In this document: piece after piece, positions 42,778 to 52,792 of the stretch
How the letters are laid out: every line of letters begins with the position of its first letter
How positions within the stretch are numbered: the stretch's first letter is position 1
Origin: Sphingomonas sp.
GTDB taxonomy: Bacteria; Pseudomonadota; Alphaproteobacteria; Sphingomonadales; Sphingomonadaceae
NCBI RefSeq assembly: GCF_051962185.1
Contig: NZ_JBQCCN010000131.1
Location: forward strand, 2,407 to 66,406
Reading direction: 5' to 3'
Length of the DNA: 64,000 nt
The notes under the pieces: model-generated
What the model was told of the DNA's origin: nothing
The model's input: only the letters and a program-made list of their open reading frames with translations
The model's database searches: none
Program-made: the position numbers and the translations under genes

Positions 42778-43098
42778 TCATCGCAATCGCCGACGCACGA
42801 GCTTGATCAGTCCCCACAGGATGACGCCCCCCCATGGTATCGCCAGCCAGTCGATCCAGTCGGGGCCCGTTGGGATGCGGAGACGGTCGACAAGCAGGAT
42901 GAGGATCAGCAAAGCGACGACGTGCGCCAGGACCAGATAAAAGCTGGTGCGCGGGACTCTCCAAGCGGCGACGCCCGTCCCGTCGGCCAACAACGTCGCC
43001 AGCGCCGAGATGATCGCGATGAGCAGGAACAGGCTGCCACCGGCGACGATGGCCATGCCGAGCAGCAGGCCGTCGAGCCGGAAGGAGATGTCGCTCAC
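42778..43098 (-). CDS. Hypothetical 3-TM membrane protein
   Basis: Three hydrophobic segments; AGGAG before GTG. Confidence 0.6.
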   Translation of the reverse strand: MSDISFRLDGLLLGMAIVAGGSLFLLIAIISALATLLADGTGVAAWRVPRTSFYLVLAHVVALLILILLVDRLRIPTGPDWIDWLAIPWGGVILWGLIKLVRRRLR

Positions 43099-43108
43099 CT
43101 CCTGCCGC

Positions 43109-43903
43109 CTATTCCGGGCTGGCGATCCCGCGCCGCATCATCTTGCGGAGTTGGCCCGGCATCCAGCGCGCGGCGAATTTCATGCGGAACGCGGTCTTGC
43201 CGACATAAGTGTGGACGTGGTCGCCATGGACCGCGTTCCACGCCGCATCGGCGACATCGGTCGCGCTGCTCAGTTCGAGGCCGGCCTCGGTCACGGTCTC
43301 GCGGATATTGCGGTTGCTGCCCTCGATCGGGCCCTGGAGCAGCGGCGTGTCGATGAAGGCGGGGACGAGGTCGCGGACCTTGATGCCGTCGCCATGCCAT
43401 TCGCCGTCAAGCGCCTCGGTCAGCGCACGCACGCCGAACTTGGTCGCCGAATAGACCGACAGGCCGGCCGATCCGTAAATCGCCGAGGCCGACGCGGTGT
43501 TGAGCAGGCACGACCCCGGCGTCTTCGCCAGATAGCCATGGCCGATCTTGGCGCCGTTGAGCACGCCGACCAGGTTGATCTGGACGACGCGGTCGAGGTC
43601 CTCGAAGCTCATCTCGGCGATCGGGCCGCCGGTGCCGATGCCGGCATTGTTGAACAGCACGTCGAGCCGGCCGCCGGTCTTCGAGGTGAAGTCGTCGAGG
43701 TCGTTCCGCCACGAATCGCGGTCGCGCACGTCCATGATGTACGTCTCGCTCATGCCTTCGGGCAGCAGCGCGGCGGTCTCGGTCAGGCCTTTGGCGTTGA
43801 CGTCGGCGAGCCCGACGCGCCAGCCCTCGCGCGCGAAGCGTTGCGCGACCGCGCGCCCGATGCCCGATCCACCGCCGGTGATGAAGATCGCCTTGGTCGT
43901 CAT
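43109..43903 (-). CDS. SDR family oxidoreductase
   Basis: TGGGSGIG, NNAG, YSATK. Confidence 0.93.
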   Translation of the reverse strand: MTTKAIFITGGGSGIGRAVAQRFAREGWRVGLADVNAKGLTETAALLPEGMSETYIMDVRDRDSWRNDLDDFTSKTGGRLDVLFNNAGIGTGGPIAEMSFEDLDRVVQINLVGVLNGAKIGHGYLAKTPGSCLLNTASASAIYGSAGLSVYSATKFGVRALTEALDGEWHGDGIKVRDLVPAFIDTPLLQGPIEGSNRNIRETVTEAGLELSSATDVADAAWNAVHGDHVHTYVGKTAFRMKFAARWMPGQLRKMMRRGIASPE

Positions 43904-43929
43904 GCGCCCTCCCCTGATTTCGGCTTCGT

Positions 43930-44017
43930 CGTCATGCCGGCCTCGTGCCGGCATCCACCGTGCCTCTCGGCGCAAGGTTTGCGGCACGGTGGACCCCGCG
44001 ACAAGCCCGGGGCGACG
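43930..44017. repeat. Inverted REP-like pair (family A variant)
   Basis: CGTCATGCCGGCCTCGTGCCGGCATCCACCGTGCC ... GGCACGGTGGACCCCGCGACAAGCCCGGGGCGACG between divergent genes. Confidence 0.75.
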
Positions 44018-44042
44018 AATTCGAGCGTTTGACCCCGCGCCG

Positions 44043-44837
44043 ATGGTTCAGCACAACGGCGCGGTGAGCGCGCAAGGCCCCTCCGTCGCCCTGTTGGGCG
44101 TGACCAAAACCTATTCCGGCGGGACGGTGGCGGTCGACGACGTAACGGTCGAGATCGCCGGGGGCAGCTTCGTCGCTCTGGTCGGCAGCTCGGGGTCGGG
44201 CAAGTCGACGCTGCTCAAGACAATCAACCGGCTGATCGCGCCGAGCAGCGGCAGCATCGCGATCGACGGGCAGGCGGTCGACGCGGAGGACCCGTTCCGG
44301 CTGCGGCGGCGGATCGGCTATGTGTTCCAGAACATCGGGCTGTTCCCGCATCTCTCCGTTGCCGAGAATGTCGCGATCGGCTTGCGGCTCGAAGGCGAGA
44401 AGCGGCCGGGTGAGCGGGTGGCCGAGTTGCTCGACCTGGTCGACTTGCCGGCCGACGTCGCGCGCCGGATGCCCGACGCCTTGTCGGGCGGCCAGCGGCA
44501 ACGGGTCGGCGTTGCACGTGCGCTCGCGACCGAGCCGCGGCTGCTGCTGATGGACGAGCCGTTCGGCGCGCTCGACCCGGTGACCCGCGACCAATTGGGC
44601 GGTGCGATCCGCGCGCTCCACGACCGGCTCGGACTTACCACCATCATGGTCACCCACGACATGGCCGAGGCGTTGCTGCTCGCCGACCGCGTGCTGGTGA
44701 TGGACAAGGGCCGGATCGTCGCCGACGCGGCGCCGCGCGCGTTGCTGGCGGGTGAGGGCGGCGCGATCGCGCAAGCATTGGTCGCGGTGCCGCGCGAGCA
44801 GATGAAACGGCTCGGTGCGCTGGAGATGGGGGAATGA
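44043..44837 (+). CDS. Osmoprotectant (glycine betaine/choline-type) ABC transporter ATP-binding protein
   Basis: GSSGSGKS, LRRRIGYVFQNIGLFPH, LSGGQRQR, MDEPFGALDP. Confidence 0.9.
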   Translation: MVQHNGAVSAQGPSVALLGVTKTYSGGTVAVDDVTVEIAGGSFVALVGSSGSGKSTLLKTINRLIAPSSGSIAIDGQAVDAEDPFRLRRRIGYVFQNIGLFPHLSVAENVAIGLRLEGEKRPGERVAELLDLVDLPADVARRMPDALSGGQRQRVGVARALATEPRLLLMDEPFGALDPVTRDQLGGAIRALHDRLGLTTIMVTHDMAEALLLADRVLVMDKGRIVADAAPRALLAGEGGAIAQALVAVPREQMKRLGALEMGE

Positions 44838-44848
44838 GGGGAATTCCC

Positions 44849-45006
44849 AATTCCTCCCCGGAACGGGGAGGGAGACCAAGGCGCGCAGCGGCTTGGTGGA
44901 GGGGGCCCGCGACCAACGAGCAACGAGCCAGGAGGCGAGTAAGCGGAAGGCCCCCTCCACCACGCGGCTGCGCCGCGCGGTCCCCCTCCCCGTTCCGGGG
45001 AGGATT
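44849..45006. repeat. Multi-hairpin palindromic intergenic repeat (family B)
   Basis: Same arms as 28136-28278 with a different central spacer; 41 bp identical. Confidence 0.88.
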
Positions 45007-45012
45007 TTTTAA

Positions 45013-46542
45013 GTGACCGACTTCCTCGACGCGCTCGCTCGCGTGCCGGACTTGCTCGCCCAGCATCTGTTGCTGGCGATGAGCGCCCTGGTGCTCGGCA
45101 TCCTGCTCAGCCTGCCGCTGGCGGTGTGGTCCGCGCGCGTGCCTCTCGTCGGCCGTATCGCACTTGGGTTCGCCAGCCTCGTGCAGACCATCCCCAGCCT
45201 GGCGCTGCTCGCGCTCTTCTACCCGATCCTGCTGTCGCTCTCGGCGCTGGTCGGCGGTGGCATTCCCGCACTCGGTTTCCTGCCCTCGCTGCTCGCGCTG
45301 ACGCTCTATGCTCTGCTGCCGATCCTGCGGAACGGGGTGACCGGGCTCGCCGGGATCGATCCGGCGGTGATCGAGGCAGCCGACGGCGTCGGCATGACCG
45401 CCTGGCAGAAGCTGCGCCTGGTCGAGGCTCCGCTGGTCGCCCCGGTGCTGATGGCCGGCATCCGCACCGCGGCGGTGTGGACGATCGGCGCGGCGACGCT
45501 GTCGACCACGGTCGGCCAGCCGAGCCTGGGCGACATGATCTTCGCCGGACTGCAGACGCAGAATTGGGCATTGGTGCTGGCTGGCTGCACCGCCGCCGCG
45601 GGGCTGGCGCTCGCGGTGGACGCCTTGCTCGGGGTGATCGAGCGCGGTATCGCGCGACGCCGGCGGGTCGGCGCGTGGATCGCGCTCGGGATGCTCGCCT
45701 TGGGCGTCGTCGTTGCGCTGCTTCCAGTCCTGCCGGCGCGCCAGGCGACGATCACGATCGGCGCCAAGGGCTTTTCCGAGCAATATATCCTGGCGCGCGT
45801 GATCGGGCATCGGCTCGAGGCGGCCGGGTATCGCGTGCGCTACAAGGAAGGGCTGGGGTCGGGGGTGATGTTCGCCGCGCTGACGTCGAGCGATGTCGAC
45901 GTCGCGGTCGACTATACCGGCACGATCTGGACCAACGAGATGAAGCGGACCGACATGCCGTCGCGCGACGCGATGCTGGCGGCGATCCGGGCGTGGCAAG
46001 GCCGGCAGGGCCTGAACCTGCTCGGGCGGCTGGGGTTTGAGAACGCTTATGCCTTCGCGATGCGCAGCGATCGGGCGAAGCAACTGGGGATCGCCAGCCT
46101 CGACGATCTGGTGGCGAAGGCGCCCGAGCTGGACTTCGGCGCCGATCTCGAATTTCTCGAGCGGCCCGAGTGGAAGGCGGTGCGCGCCGCCTATCCGATC
46201 CGCTTCGGCTCGGCCAACGCCTACAACCCGACCTTCATGTACCGAGCGCTCGAAAGCGGGCAGGCGGACGTTATCTCGGCTTTTTCGTCCGACGGGAGGA
46301 TCGCGGCGGACCGGCTGACCGTGCTGAGCGATCCCAGGGGAGCGATCCCCAATTACGACGCGATCCTGACGATCGCGCCGCGCCACGCCGGGGATGCGCG
46401 GATGATCGCCGTGCTCAAGCCGCTGATCGGCAAAGTATCGGTCGAGGCGATGCGGCAGGCGACTTACATGGTCACTCGCGATGACGGGAAGGTCAGTCCC
46501 GACGCGGCGGCGCGGTGGCTGGAGAAGCGGGTGGGGTTGTAA
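45013..46542 (+). CDS. Osmoprotectant ABC transporter, fused permease and substrate-binding protein
   Basis: QTIPSLALL, EAADGVGM (EAA loop), GAKGFSEQYIL, DYTGT, LGFENAY. Confidence 0.9.
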   Translation: MTDFLDALARVPDLLAQHLLLAMSALVLGILLSLPLAVWSARVPLVGRIALGFASLVQTIPSLALLALFYPILLSLSALVGGGIPALGFLPSLLALTLYALLPILRNGVTGLAGIDPAVIEAADGVGMTAWQKLRLVEAPLVAPVLMAGIRTAAVWTIGAATLSTTVGQPSLGDMIFAGLQTQNWALVLAGCTAAAGLALAVDALLGVIERGIARRRRVGAWIALGMLALGVVVALLPVLPARQATITIGAKGFSEQYILARVIGHRLEAAGYRVRYKEGLGSGVMFAALTSSDVDVAVDYTGTIWTNEMKRTDMPSRDAMLAAIRAWQGRQGLNLLGRLGFENAYAFAMRSDRAKQLGIASLDDLVAKAPELDFGADLEFLERPEWKAVRAAYPIRFGSANAYNPTFMYRALESGQADVISAFSSDGRIAADRLTVLSDPRGAIPNYDAILTIAPRHAGDARMIAVLKPLIGKVSVEAMRQATYMVTRDDGKVSPDAAARWLEKRVGL

Positions 46543-46549
46543 AGGCTTG

Positions 46550-46650
46550 GCGACGCGCGAAGCCGCGTCGTCGGTCGGCGCCTTGTGGCGCCGCCGGCCG
46601 GGCCGGCCTCTCTCCCGGAATAGCGTCGCTATTCCGGGGGACGCTCCGCC
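46550..46650. repeat. Three-hairpin structured intergenic element (family C)
   Basis: GCGACGCG/CGCGTCGT, GGCGCC-TTGT-GGCGCC, CCCGGAATAGCG-T-CGCTATTCCGGG between convergent genes. Confidence 0.5.
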
Positions 46651-49440
46651 TTAAAAGAACACCTTCCTGATGCTCAGCTTGATCGTCCGTCCCATCGGGT
46701 CGAGATAATCGGGCTGGTAGCTGATCGGCGTCTGGCCGTTGGCGTCGCGGACGCGCTGGCGGCTGTCGAGCAGGTTGCTGACCCCCAACGTCACCCGCAT
46801 GCCCGTCGCCCAGGGGTTCTTCTTGATGAACTTGAGTTGCTGGCTCAGGTCGGCGAACAGCCGCACGTTGAGCGTGCCCAGGCTCGAGAAATCGAGCGTG
46901 TTCGGCGTTCCCGGCGTGCCGCCCAGCACGCGCGTGCCGCTCTGCCAGTCGCCCGACAGCCGCACGCCGATGCCGTTGTTGGAATAGCCCGCCTGCATCT
47001 CGAACTCGTGACGCGATTGCCCGCCCGAGCCGATCGCGCCACCGTTGAGCAGGTCGATGGTCGGCAGCGTCGGCGAAATCTCGACTCGGTCGGTGAAATG
47101 CCAGGTGTGGTAGAAAGCGAATTGCAGCCGCCCACCGCCGCCGCCGAACGCGCCGCGCCCGCCGCCACCGCCGCGGAAGCCACGGCCCCCGCCGCCGAAA
47201 CCGCCCCCGCCGAAGCGTCCGCCGCCCGGGCGCTCACCGCCGGTCGCGCCGTTCTGCGGCGGTGGCGTGCCGGTCGCATTGGGATTGCTGCCGTCCTGCG
47301 GCGGCGTGCCCGTCGTATTGGGATTGGCCCCATTGCCCTGGGACTGCCCGCCACCACCTTGCGGCCGCTCGCCGAAGCGGCGGCCGCCCGGCAGGCGCAG
47401 GCCCTGGAACGGATTGGGGCCGGTACCGGCGCGGAACGCCTCGACCTCTTTCTGCAGCTTGGACTTGATCGGCTTGGAGATGTTGAAGCCCCAGCGCAGC
47501 TCCGACCGGTCGGTGCGCGCGAAATTGACCGATCGCGTATCGATCGAGGTCAGGTCGCCGTCGGCGTCGCGCGTGAAGCGGCCAGGGAAGGCTGCCTCGA
47601 CCGCCGCCGTCGCCGCCGGGAAGCCGGCGATCGCGTTGCGCACATGCGATTCGATATAATTGGCGGTCAGTGTGAAGTCGGTCTTGTCCCACGGTTTCAG
47701 CGTCAGCCCGAGCTTGAACGTATGCTTGCTGTCCGCCCTGAGGAACGGATTGCCACCGGTCGTGCTGGTGACGTTGACCGTCTCGCCCTTCACGTAATCG
47801 AACACGCGCACATTCGGCGTGACCACGACCGGGTTGGCCAGTTGCGCGGCGGACGGGGCGTCGTCTTGGTCGGTGACCGACGTGATCAGGCGCACGCCAT
47901 GGATCGGCTGCCAATTGGCGCCATAGCCGCGCGTCGTCAGCGTGCCGAAGTCCGACAATTGATGGACCGCGAGATTGCCGTTGATCGAGAGGTCGCCGAG
48001 GAAGGCGAGGACCTTCTTCGACGAACTGGCGATCGGCACGTCGATGTTGATTTGGCCCGATGCTTCGTTGCGCCGGGTCGACCCGGCGGTTGAGGTCGCC
48101 AGCGCGCTTTGCGTATCGAACCGGTACGACTGACTGTCGAGGCTGGACAGCGAGCCGCCGACGCGGATCGCGGTCGAGATCTCGCCGGCGGGCAGCTTGA
48201 TCAATTTGCCGTTGACCAGCGCGTCGACCGTGCCGCTGTTCGAGGTCGACTGGCCGCGATTGGCCGGCGCGATGGGATAATCGAGCGGGTCGATCGGGCC
48301 GAACGGATTGAAGCTGGGGTCGCCGGCGGCGAGCCGGGCATTCAGATCGTGGACGATGAAGCCGGTCTCGCCGAAATTCTCGCTGTCGATGCGATCGTAA
48401 TTGGCGGTCAGCGACCAGCGCCATTGCGTCCCGAACTGGCCGTTGAAGCCGGTACCGAGGTGATAGGTCAGCGCCGAATTGCGCTGCCTGAGCGGATCGA
48501 AGCCCGTCGCGACCCGGTCGATCTCGGTCGTGCCGGGCGCGGTCGAGAACGGATTGCTCGCCGGCAACGTGAGATCGAACGTCGGCAAACCCTGCGCGCC
48601 GGTCGAATCGGTATATTGGAACGAGCCGTTGATCGTCGCGTTCACCCGGCCCAGCGGGTGCGCATAGACCAGGTTGGTCTGCAAATTGCGGCTCGACGAG
48701 AGCAAGGTGCGGTAGGGGCGCTGGTCGAAGTCATGGTTGAGATCGACGGTGCCGGGCGGCGTCGGCGTGCTCGCCAGCGGCAGGATATCGCGCTCGTTCT
48801 CATAGAGCGGCGAACTCTGGCTGTAGCCGACATGCAGGCTCAAGCGATTGTCGCGGCGGATGGTGACGACGTCGAGCGTGCCCGACGGCGTGTTGCGCCC
48901 GCCCTCCGTCGCGACCTGGTCGCCGAGCTCGCTGGTGATCGCCTTGAAACGTGGGCGCAGGACGATGTTGACGACCTTCTGGTCGGCCGAATAGCCGTAT
49001 TTGAGCGCGACTTCCTCGGGCAGGATGTCGACGCGCGCGATCGCCTCGGTCGGCAGGTCGCGAATCTCGGCGAAGCTCGAGATGCGGCGGCCGTTGAGCA
49101 GCACCACCGGCGCGCCGCCCGAGCCGCGGTCGCTGCGGATCTGCGGCGCGAGCTCGTTCAGCAGGTCGCTGACGCTGTTGACGCCATAGGAACGGACGTC
49201 GGCCGGGCCGAGCGATTGTTCGGGCGGGATGTCGCCGACCACCGCGCCGGGCAACGCGCGCGAGCCGGTGACGACGATGTCGCCTTCGTCGGAGCCATCG
49301 TCGTCCGATTGCGGCGCCGCGGCGGGCGTCGGCGTCGGGGCCGGCGCAGGGTGGGGAGGGGGAGCAGGGGCAGTTTGGGCATGGAGTGCGACCGGGGCGC
49401 TGCCGGCAAGCAACAGGGCAAGGCTGAACGAACGACGCAT
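46651..49440 (-). CDS. TonB-dependent receptor-like outer-membrane protein
   Basis: Signal peptide, DIVVTGSR, plug motifs (VLLNGRR, IARVDIL, VVNIVL), LGVSNLLD, GRT, C-terminal Phe. Confidence 0.88.
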   Translation of the reverse strand: MRRSFSLALLLAGSAPVALHAQTAPAPPPHPAPAPTPTPAAAPQSDDDGSDEGDIVVTGSRALPGAVVGDIPPEQSLGPADVRSYGVNSVSDLLNELAPQIRSDRGSGGAPVVLLNGRRISSFAEIRDLPTEAIARVDILPEEVALKYGYSADQKVVNIVLRPRFKAITSELGDQVATEGGRNTPSGTLDVVTIRRDNRLSLHVGYSQSSPLYENERDILPLASTPTPPGTVDLNHDFDQRPYRTLLSSSRNLQTNLVYAHPLGRVNATINGSFQYTDSTGAQGLPTFDLTLPASNPFSTAPGTTEIDRVATGFDPLRQRNSALTYHLGTGFNGQFGTQWRWSLTANYDRIDSENFGETGFIVHDLNARLAAGDPSFNPFGPIDPLDYPIAPANRGQSTSNSGTVDALVNGKLIKLPAGEISTAIRVGGSLSSLDSQSYRFDTQSALATSTAGSTRRNEASGQINIDVPIASSSKKVLAFLGDLSINGNLAVHQLSDFGTLTTRGYGANWQPIHGVRLITSVTDQDDAPSAAQLANPVVVTPNVRVFDYVKGETVNVTSTTGGNPFLRADSKHTFKLGLTLKPWDKTDFTLTANYIESHVRNAIAGFPAATAAVEAAFPGRFTRDADGDLTSIDTRSVNFARTDRSELRWGFNISKPIKSKLQKEVEAFRAGTGPNPFQGLRLPGGRRFGERPQGGGGQSQGNGANPNTTGTPPQDGSNPNATGTPPPQNGATGGERPGGGRFGGGGFGGGGRGFRGGGGGRGAFGGGGGRLQFAFYHTWHFTDRVEISPTLPTIDLLNGGAIGSGGQSRHEFEMQAGYSNNGIGVRLSGDWQSGTRVLGGTPGTPNTLDFSSLGTLNVRLFADLSQQLKFIKKNPWATGMRVTLGVSNLLDSRQRVRDANGQTPISYQPDYLDPMGRTIKLSIRKVFF

Positions 49441-49552
49441 TTCTATTCCGCTACTGGTCGGGAGCAGTGGACGCCACTACATTCCAATTGTCGCAGAAAT
49501 GTGCCGTTTCGGTGCTTGTTCCACACCGCGCGGCGACTCCCGGGAGAAGGCA

Positions 49553-50071
49553 ATGCGGATCACCGTCAACGGCGAAGCGCGGGAGGTCGAGGCCGACATC
49601 CGCACGACCCTGCTCGACCTGCTGCGCGAACATCTCGGGCTGACCGGCGCCAAGAAGGGGTGCGACCATGGCCAATGCGGCGCCTGCACGGTGCTGGTCG
49701 GGGGGCGGCGGATCAATGCCTGCCTGACCTTGGCGGTGATGCACGACGGCGACGACGTCGTGACGATCGAAGGGCTCGGCACGCCCGACCGTCTCAGCCC
49801 CTTGCAGGCGGCGTTCCTGCACCATGACGGTTTCCAATGCGGCTATTGCACGCCGGGGCAGATCTGCTCGGCGACGGGCATGCTCGATGAAGTGGCGAAG
49901 GGCTGGCCGAGCCATGTCAGCGGCGATCTCGACCAGGTCGCGCTGACCGATGCCGAGATACGCGAGCGGATGAGCGGCAACATCTGCCGTTGCTCGGCCT
50001 ATCCGACCATCGTCGCGGCGATCCGCGAGGTGGCCGATGGCGAGGGCCTGGTCGCGGAGGCGGCGGAATGA
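49553..50071 (+). CDS. paoA: Aldehyde oxidoreductase 2Fe-2S subunit (PaoA/YagT-like)
   Basis: [12 protein letters not shown]...[15 protein letters not shown]. Confidence 0.9.
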   Translation: MRITVNGEAREVEADIRTTLLDLLREHLGLTGAKKGCDHGQCGACTVLVGGRRINACLTLAVMHDGDDVVTIEGLGTPDRLSPLQAAFLHHDGFQCGYCTPGQICSATGMLDEVAKGWPSHVSGDLDQVALTDAEIRERMSGNICRCSAYPTIVAAIREVADGEGLVAEAAE

Positions 50072-51042
50072 AGCCGTTCGATTATGCGCGCGCGGCAAGC
50101 GTCGAACAGGCGCTGGCGGCGGGCGTTGATGGCGGGCGCTACATCGCCGGCGGGACCAATCTCATCGACCTGATGAAATTGCAGGTCGAGACGCCCGCCA
50201 AGCTGGTCGACATCAGCCGCCTGGCGCTCGATCGCGTCGAGGAAACGGAAGGCGGCGGTATCCGCATCGGCGCCCTGGTGCCCAATAGCGACCTCGCCGC
50301 GCATCCTTTGGTCCGCGGCCATTATCCGATGCTTAGCCGCGCGTTGCTGGCGGGGGCGTCGGCACAATTGCGCAACAAGGCGTCGACCGGCGGCAATCTG
50401 CTGCAGCGAACGCGCTGTTATTATTTCTACGAGACCGCGGCGGCCTGCAACAAGCGCGACCCCGGCAGCGGCTGCGCGGCGATCGGCGGGTTCAACCGCA
50501 TCCATGCGGTGCTCGGCATTTCGGACAAATGCATCGCGACGCATCCGTCGGACATGGCGGTGGCCTTGCGTGCGCTCGACGCAATGGTGGTGACGGCGTT
50601 GCCCGGCGGTGAGGGACGGCGGATCGCGCTCGGCGATCTCTATCGGCTGCCCGGCGACACGCCCGAGGTCGAGACCGACCTGCGGCCGGGCGAATTGATC
50701 GTCGCGATCGAACTGCCCGCGCCCCCACCCGGCCGCCAGCTCTATCGCAAGGTACGCGACCGCGCGTCCTATGCCTTCGCGCTCGTGTCGGTCGCGGCGG
50801 CGGTGGCGGTCGAGGACGGCGTGGTGACATCGGCGCGGCTGGCGTTCGGCGGGCTCGCGCCGATGCCGTGGCGCAGCGCCGAGGCCGAGGCGGCATTGGT
50901 CGGTCGGCCGGCCGGGACCGAGGCGTTCGAGGCGGCGGCCGATGCGCTGCTCGAGGGCGCGCGCGGCCATGGGCATAACGACTTCAAGATCGTGCTCGCC
51001 CGGCGCACGCTGATCGCCTGCCTGCGCGACCTTACGGATTAG
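50068..51042 (+). CDS. paoB: Aldehyde oxidoreductase FAD subunit (PaoB/YagS-like)
   Basis: [30 protein letters not shown] (4Fe-4S insert), RDRASYAFA. Confidence 0.9.
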   Translation: MKPFDYARAASVEQALAAGVDGGRYIAGGTNLIDLMKLQVETPAKLVDISRLALDRVEETEGGGIRIGALVPNSDLAAHPLVRGHYPMLSRALLAGASAQLRNKASTGGNLLQRTRCYYFYETAAACNKRDPGSGCAAIGGFNRIHAVLGISDKCIATHPSDMAVALRALDAMVVTALPGGEGRRIALGDLYRLPGDTPEVETDLRPGELIVAIELPAPPPGRQLYRKVRDRASYAFALVSVAAAVAVEDGVVTSARLAFGGLAPMPWRSAEAEAALVGRPAGTEAFEAAADALLEGARGHGHNDFKIVLARRTLIACLRDLTD

Positions 51043-51370
51043 CGACCGCGTCGGTCGCCGCCATTTCGACCGGCTGGCGACCGCGCCAGTCGGTGCGCTC
51101 GGCGCTCTTCCATGCGGCGTGAAGCCGGGCGTGCCCCGCCGCCAGGCCGATACGGTCGGCGGTCTCCGCCCAGCCGTCGCCGATCGCGGTGAGGCGGACG
51201 GTGGCGGGGCCGGGCGGCAGATCGTCGAGCCAGCCGCTGATCGCGGTCGGGTTGAGCAGCGCCAGCCCGAGCGTGGTCAAGGCGATCACGCCACCGGTCC
51301 ATTGGAGCGTGGCGCGGCCGTTATCGCCCTGGTCGGGCAGATCGGCGGGAAATTCGTAGAGGTCGGACAC
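51032..51370 (-). CDS. Small membrane-anchored hypothetical protein, last gene of the O-acylation operon
   Basis: GTG start with AAGGGAAAG RBS 11 nt after the MBOAT stop; one TM helix. Confidence 0.6.
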   Translation of the reverse strand: MSDLYEFPADLPDQGDNGRATLQWTGGVIALTTLGLALLNPTAISGWLDDLPPGPATVRLTAIGDGWAETADRIGLAAGHARLHAAWKSAERTDWRGRQPVEMAATDAVANP

Positions 51371-51381
51371 CGGCTTTCCCT

Positions 51382-52788
51382 TTAGAAGCGGAAGTAGATG
51401 AAGGGCGCGATCCCTTCGAAGCGCATCGCATCGACTACCAGCATCGCCGCGACGAACGCCCCGGCGAGCGCCGGCGCGGGGAGCGCCCGCAGCCGCTCGG
51501 CGAGCCGCGCCATCGAATCCCAGCGCAATGCGTGGATGGCGAGGCCGAAGGCGATCAGCACCACGACCAGCGGCGTGACGGTGATCGCGCCGGTCGCCGG
51601 GGCGACGATCCCGCCGAGGTAGGACAAAGCATCGCCGAAACTCGCGGCGCGGAAGAAGATCCAGCCGAGCGTCACGACATGGAAGGTCAGCACCACCTTG
51701 GCCCAATGCGGCAGGACGATTTCGCGGGTACGCGGCGAGGTCGCCCAGACGCGCTCGACCACCAACGCCGCGCCGTGCAGGCCGCCCCAGATCACGAAGG
51801 TCCAGGCGGCGCCATGCCACAGCCCGCCGAGCAGCATGGTGATCATCAGGTTGCGATAGAGCCTGGCCTTGCCGCCGCGGCTGCCGCCCAGCGCCTCGAT
51901 ATAGAGGTAATCGCGCAGCCAGCGCGACAGGCTGATATGCCAGCGCCGCCAGAATTCCTGCAACGAGGCCGAGCGATACGGCCGGTCGAAATTGCGCGGG
52001 AAGCGATAGCCGAGCAATGCCGCGATACCGATCGCCATGTCCGAATAGGCCGAGAAGTCGCAATAGATCTGGACCGCATAGCCATAGGCCGCGAGGATCA
52101 GGTCGAGCGAGCCGTGCGCCGACGGCGCGGCGAATACCGGGTCGACGAATTGCGTCGCGAGTTCGGAAGCGATGACCGCTTTTTTGAACAAGCCCCAGAC
52201 GATCAGCAGCAGCCCCATCGACACCATGCCGCGATTGAGCTTCGGGGTCTGCTGGAACTGGGGCACGAGGTCGGCGGCACGGACGATCGGCCCGGCGACG
52301 AGATGCGGGAAGAACGACATCAACAGCAATATGTCGAGCAGCCGTGCCGCGGGCACGCGACCGCGATGCACGTCGACAACGTAGCTGATCCCCTGGAAGG
52401 TGAAGAACGAGATGCCGACCGGCAGGATGACCTGCATCAGCGGGGCGTCCTGGCCGATGCCGAACAAGGTCAACAGGCTGCCCGCCTGTTCGGCGAAGAA
52501 GTCGAAATATTTGAAGAAGCCGAGCGCCAGCAGATTGGCCGCGACGCCGCCGATCAGCAGCGCCTTGCGGATCCGTTCGACCTCGCTTCGCGCGATCAGC
52601 GCTGCGACGCCCCAGTTGATCAACGCCGAGCCGATCAGCAGCGGCACGAACCGCCAGTCCCAGGCGCCGTAGAATATCCAGCTGGCGACGAGCAGCAGCA
52701 ATTTGCGCCATTCGGTCGACCGCGCGGCCCAGACCGCGGGGAACACGACCAGGAAGAACAGGCCGAAGGTCAGCGTCGGAAACAGCAT
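51382..52788 (-). CDS. MBOAT O-acyltransferase (AlgI/PatA-like)
   Basis: LPVGISFFTFQ, AGPIVR, DFSAYSD, FWRRWHISLS, GLWHG, C-terminal PFIYFRF. Confidence 0.93.
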   Translation of the reverse strand: MLFPTLTFGLFFLVVFPAVWAARSTEWRKLLLLVASWIFYGAWDWRFVPLLIGSALINWGVAALIARSEVERIRKALLIGGVAANLLALGFFKYFDFFAEQAGSLLTLFGIGQDAPLMQVILPVGISFFTFQGISYVVDVHRGRVPAARLLDILLLMSFFPHLVAGPIVRAADLVPQFQQTPKLNRGMVSMGLLLIVWGLFKKAVIASELATQFVDPVFAAPSAHGSLDLILAAYGYAVQIYCDFSAYSDMAIGIAALLGYRFPRNFDRPYRSASLQEFWRRWHISLSRWLRDYLYIEALGGSRGGKARLYRNLMITMLLGGLWHGAAWTFVIWGGLHGAALVVERVWATSPRTREIVLPHWAKVVLTFHVVTLGWIFFRAASFGDALSYLGGIVAPATGAITVTPLVVVLIAFGLAIHALRWDSMARLAERLRALPAPALAGAFVAAMLVVDAMRFEGIAPFIYFRF

Positions 52789-52792
52789 CGCG

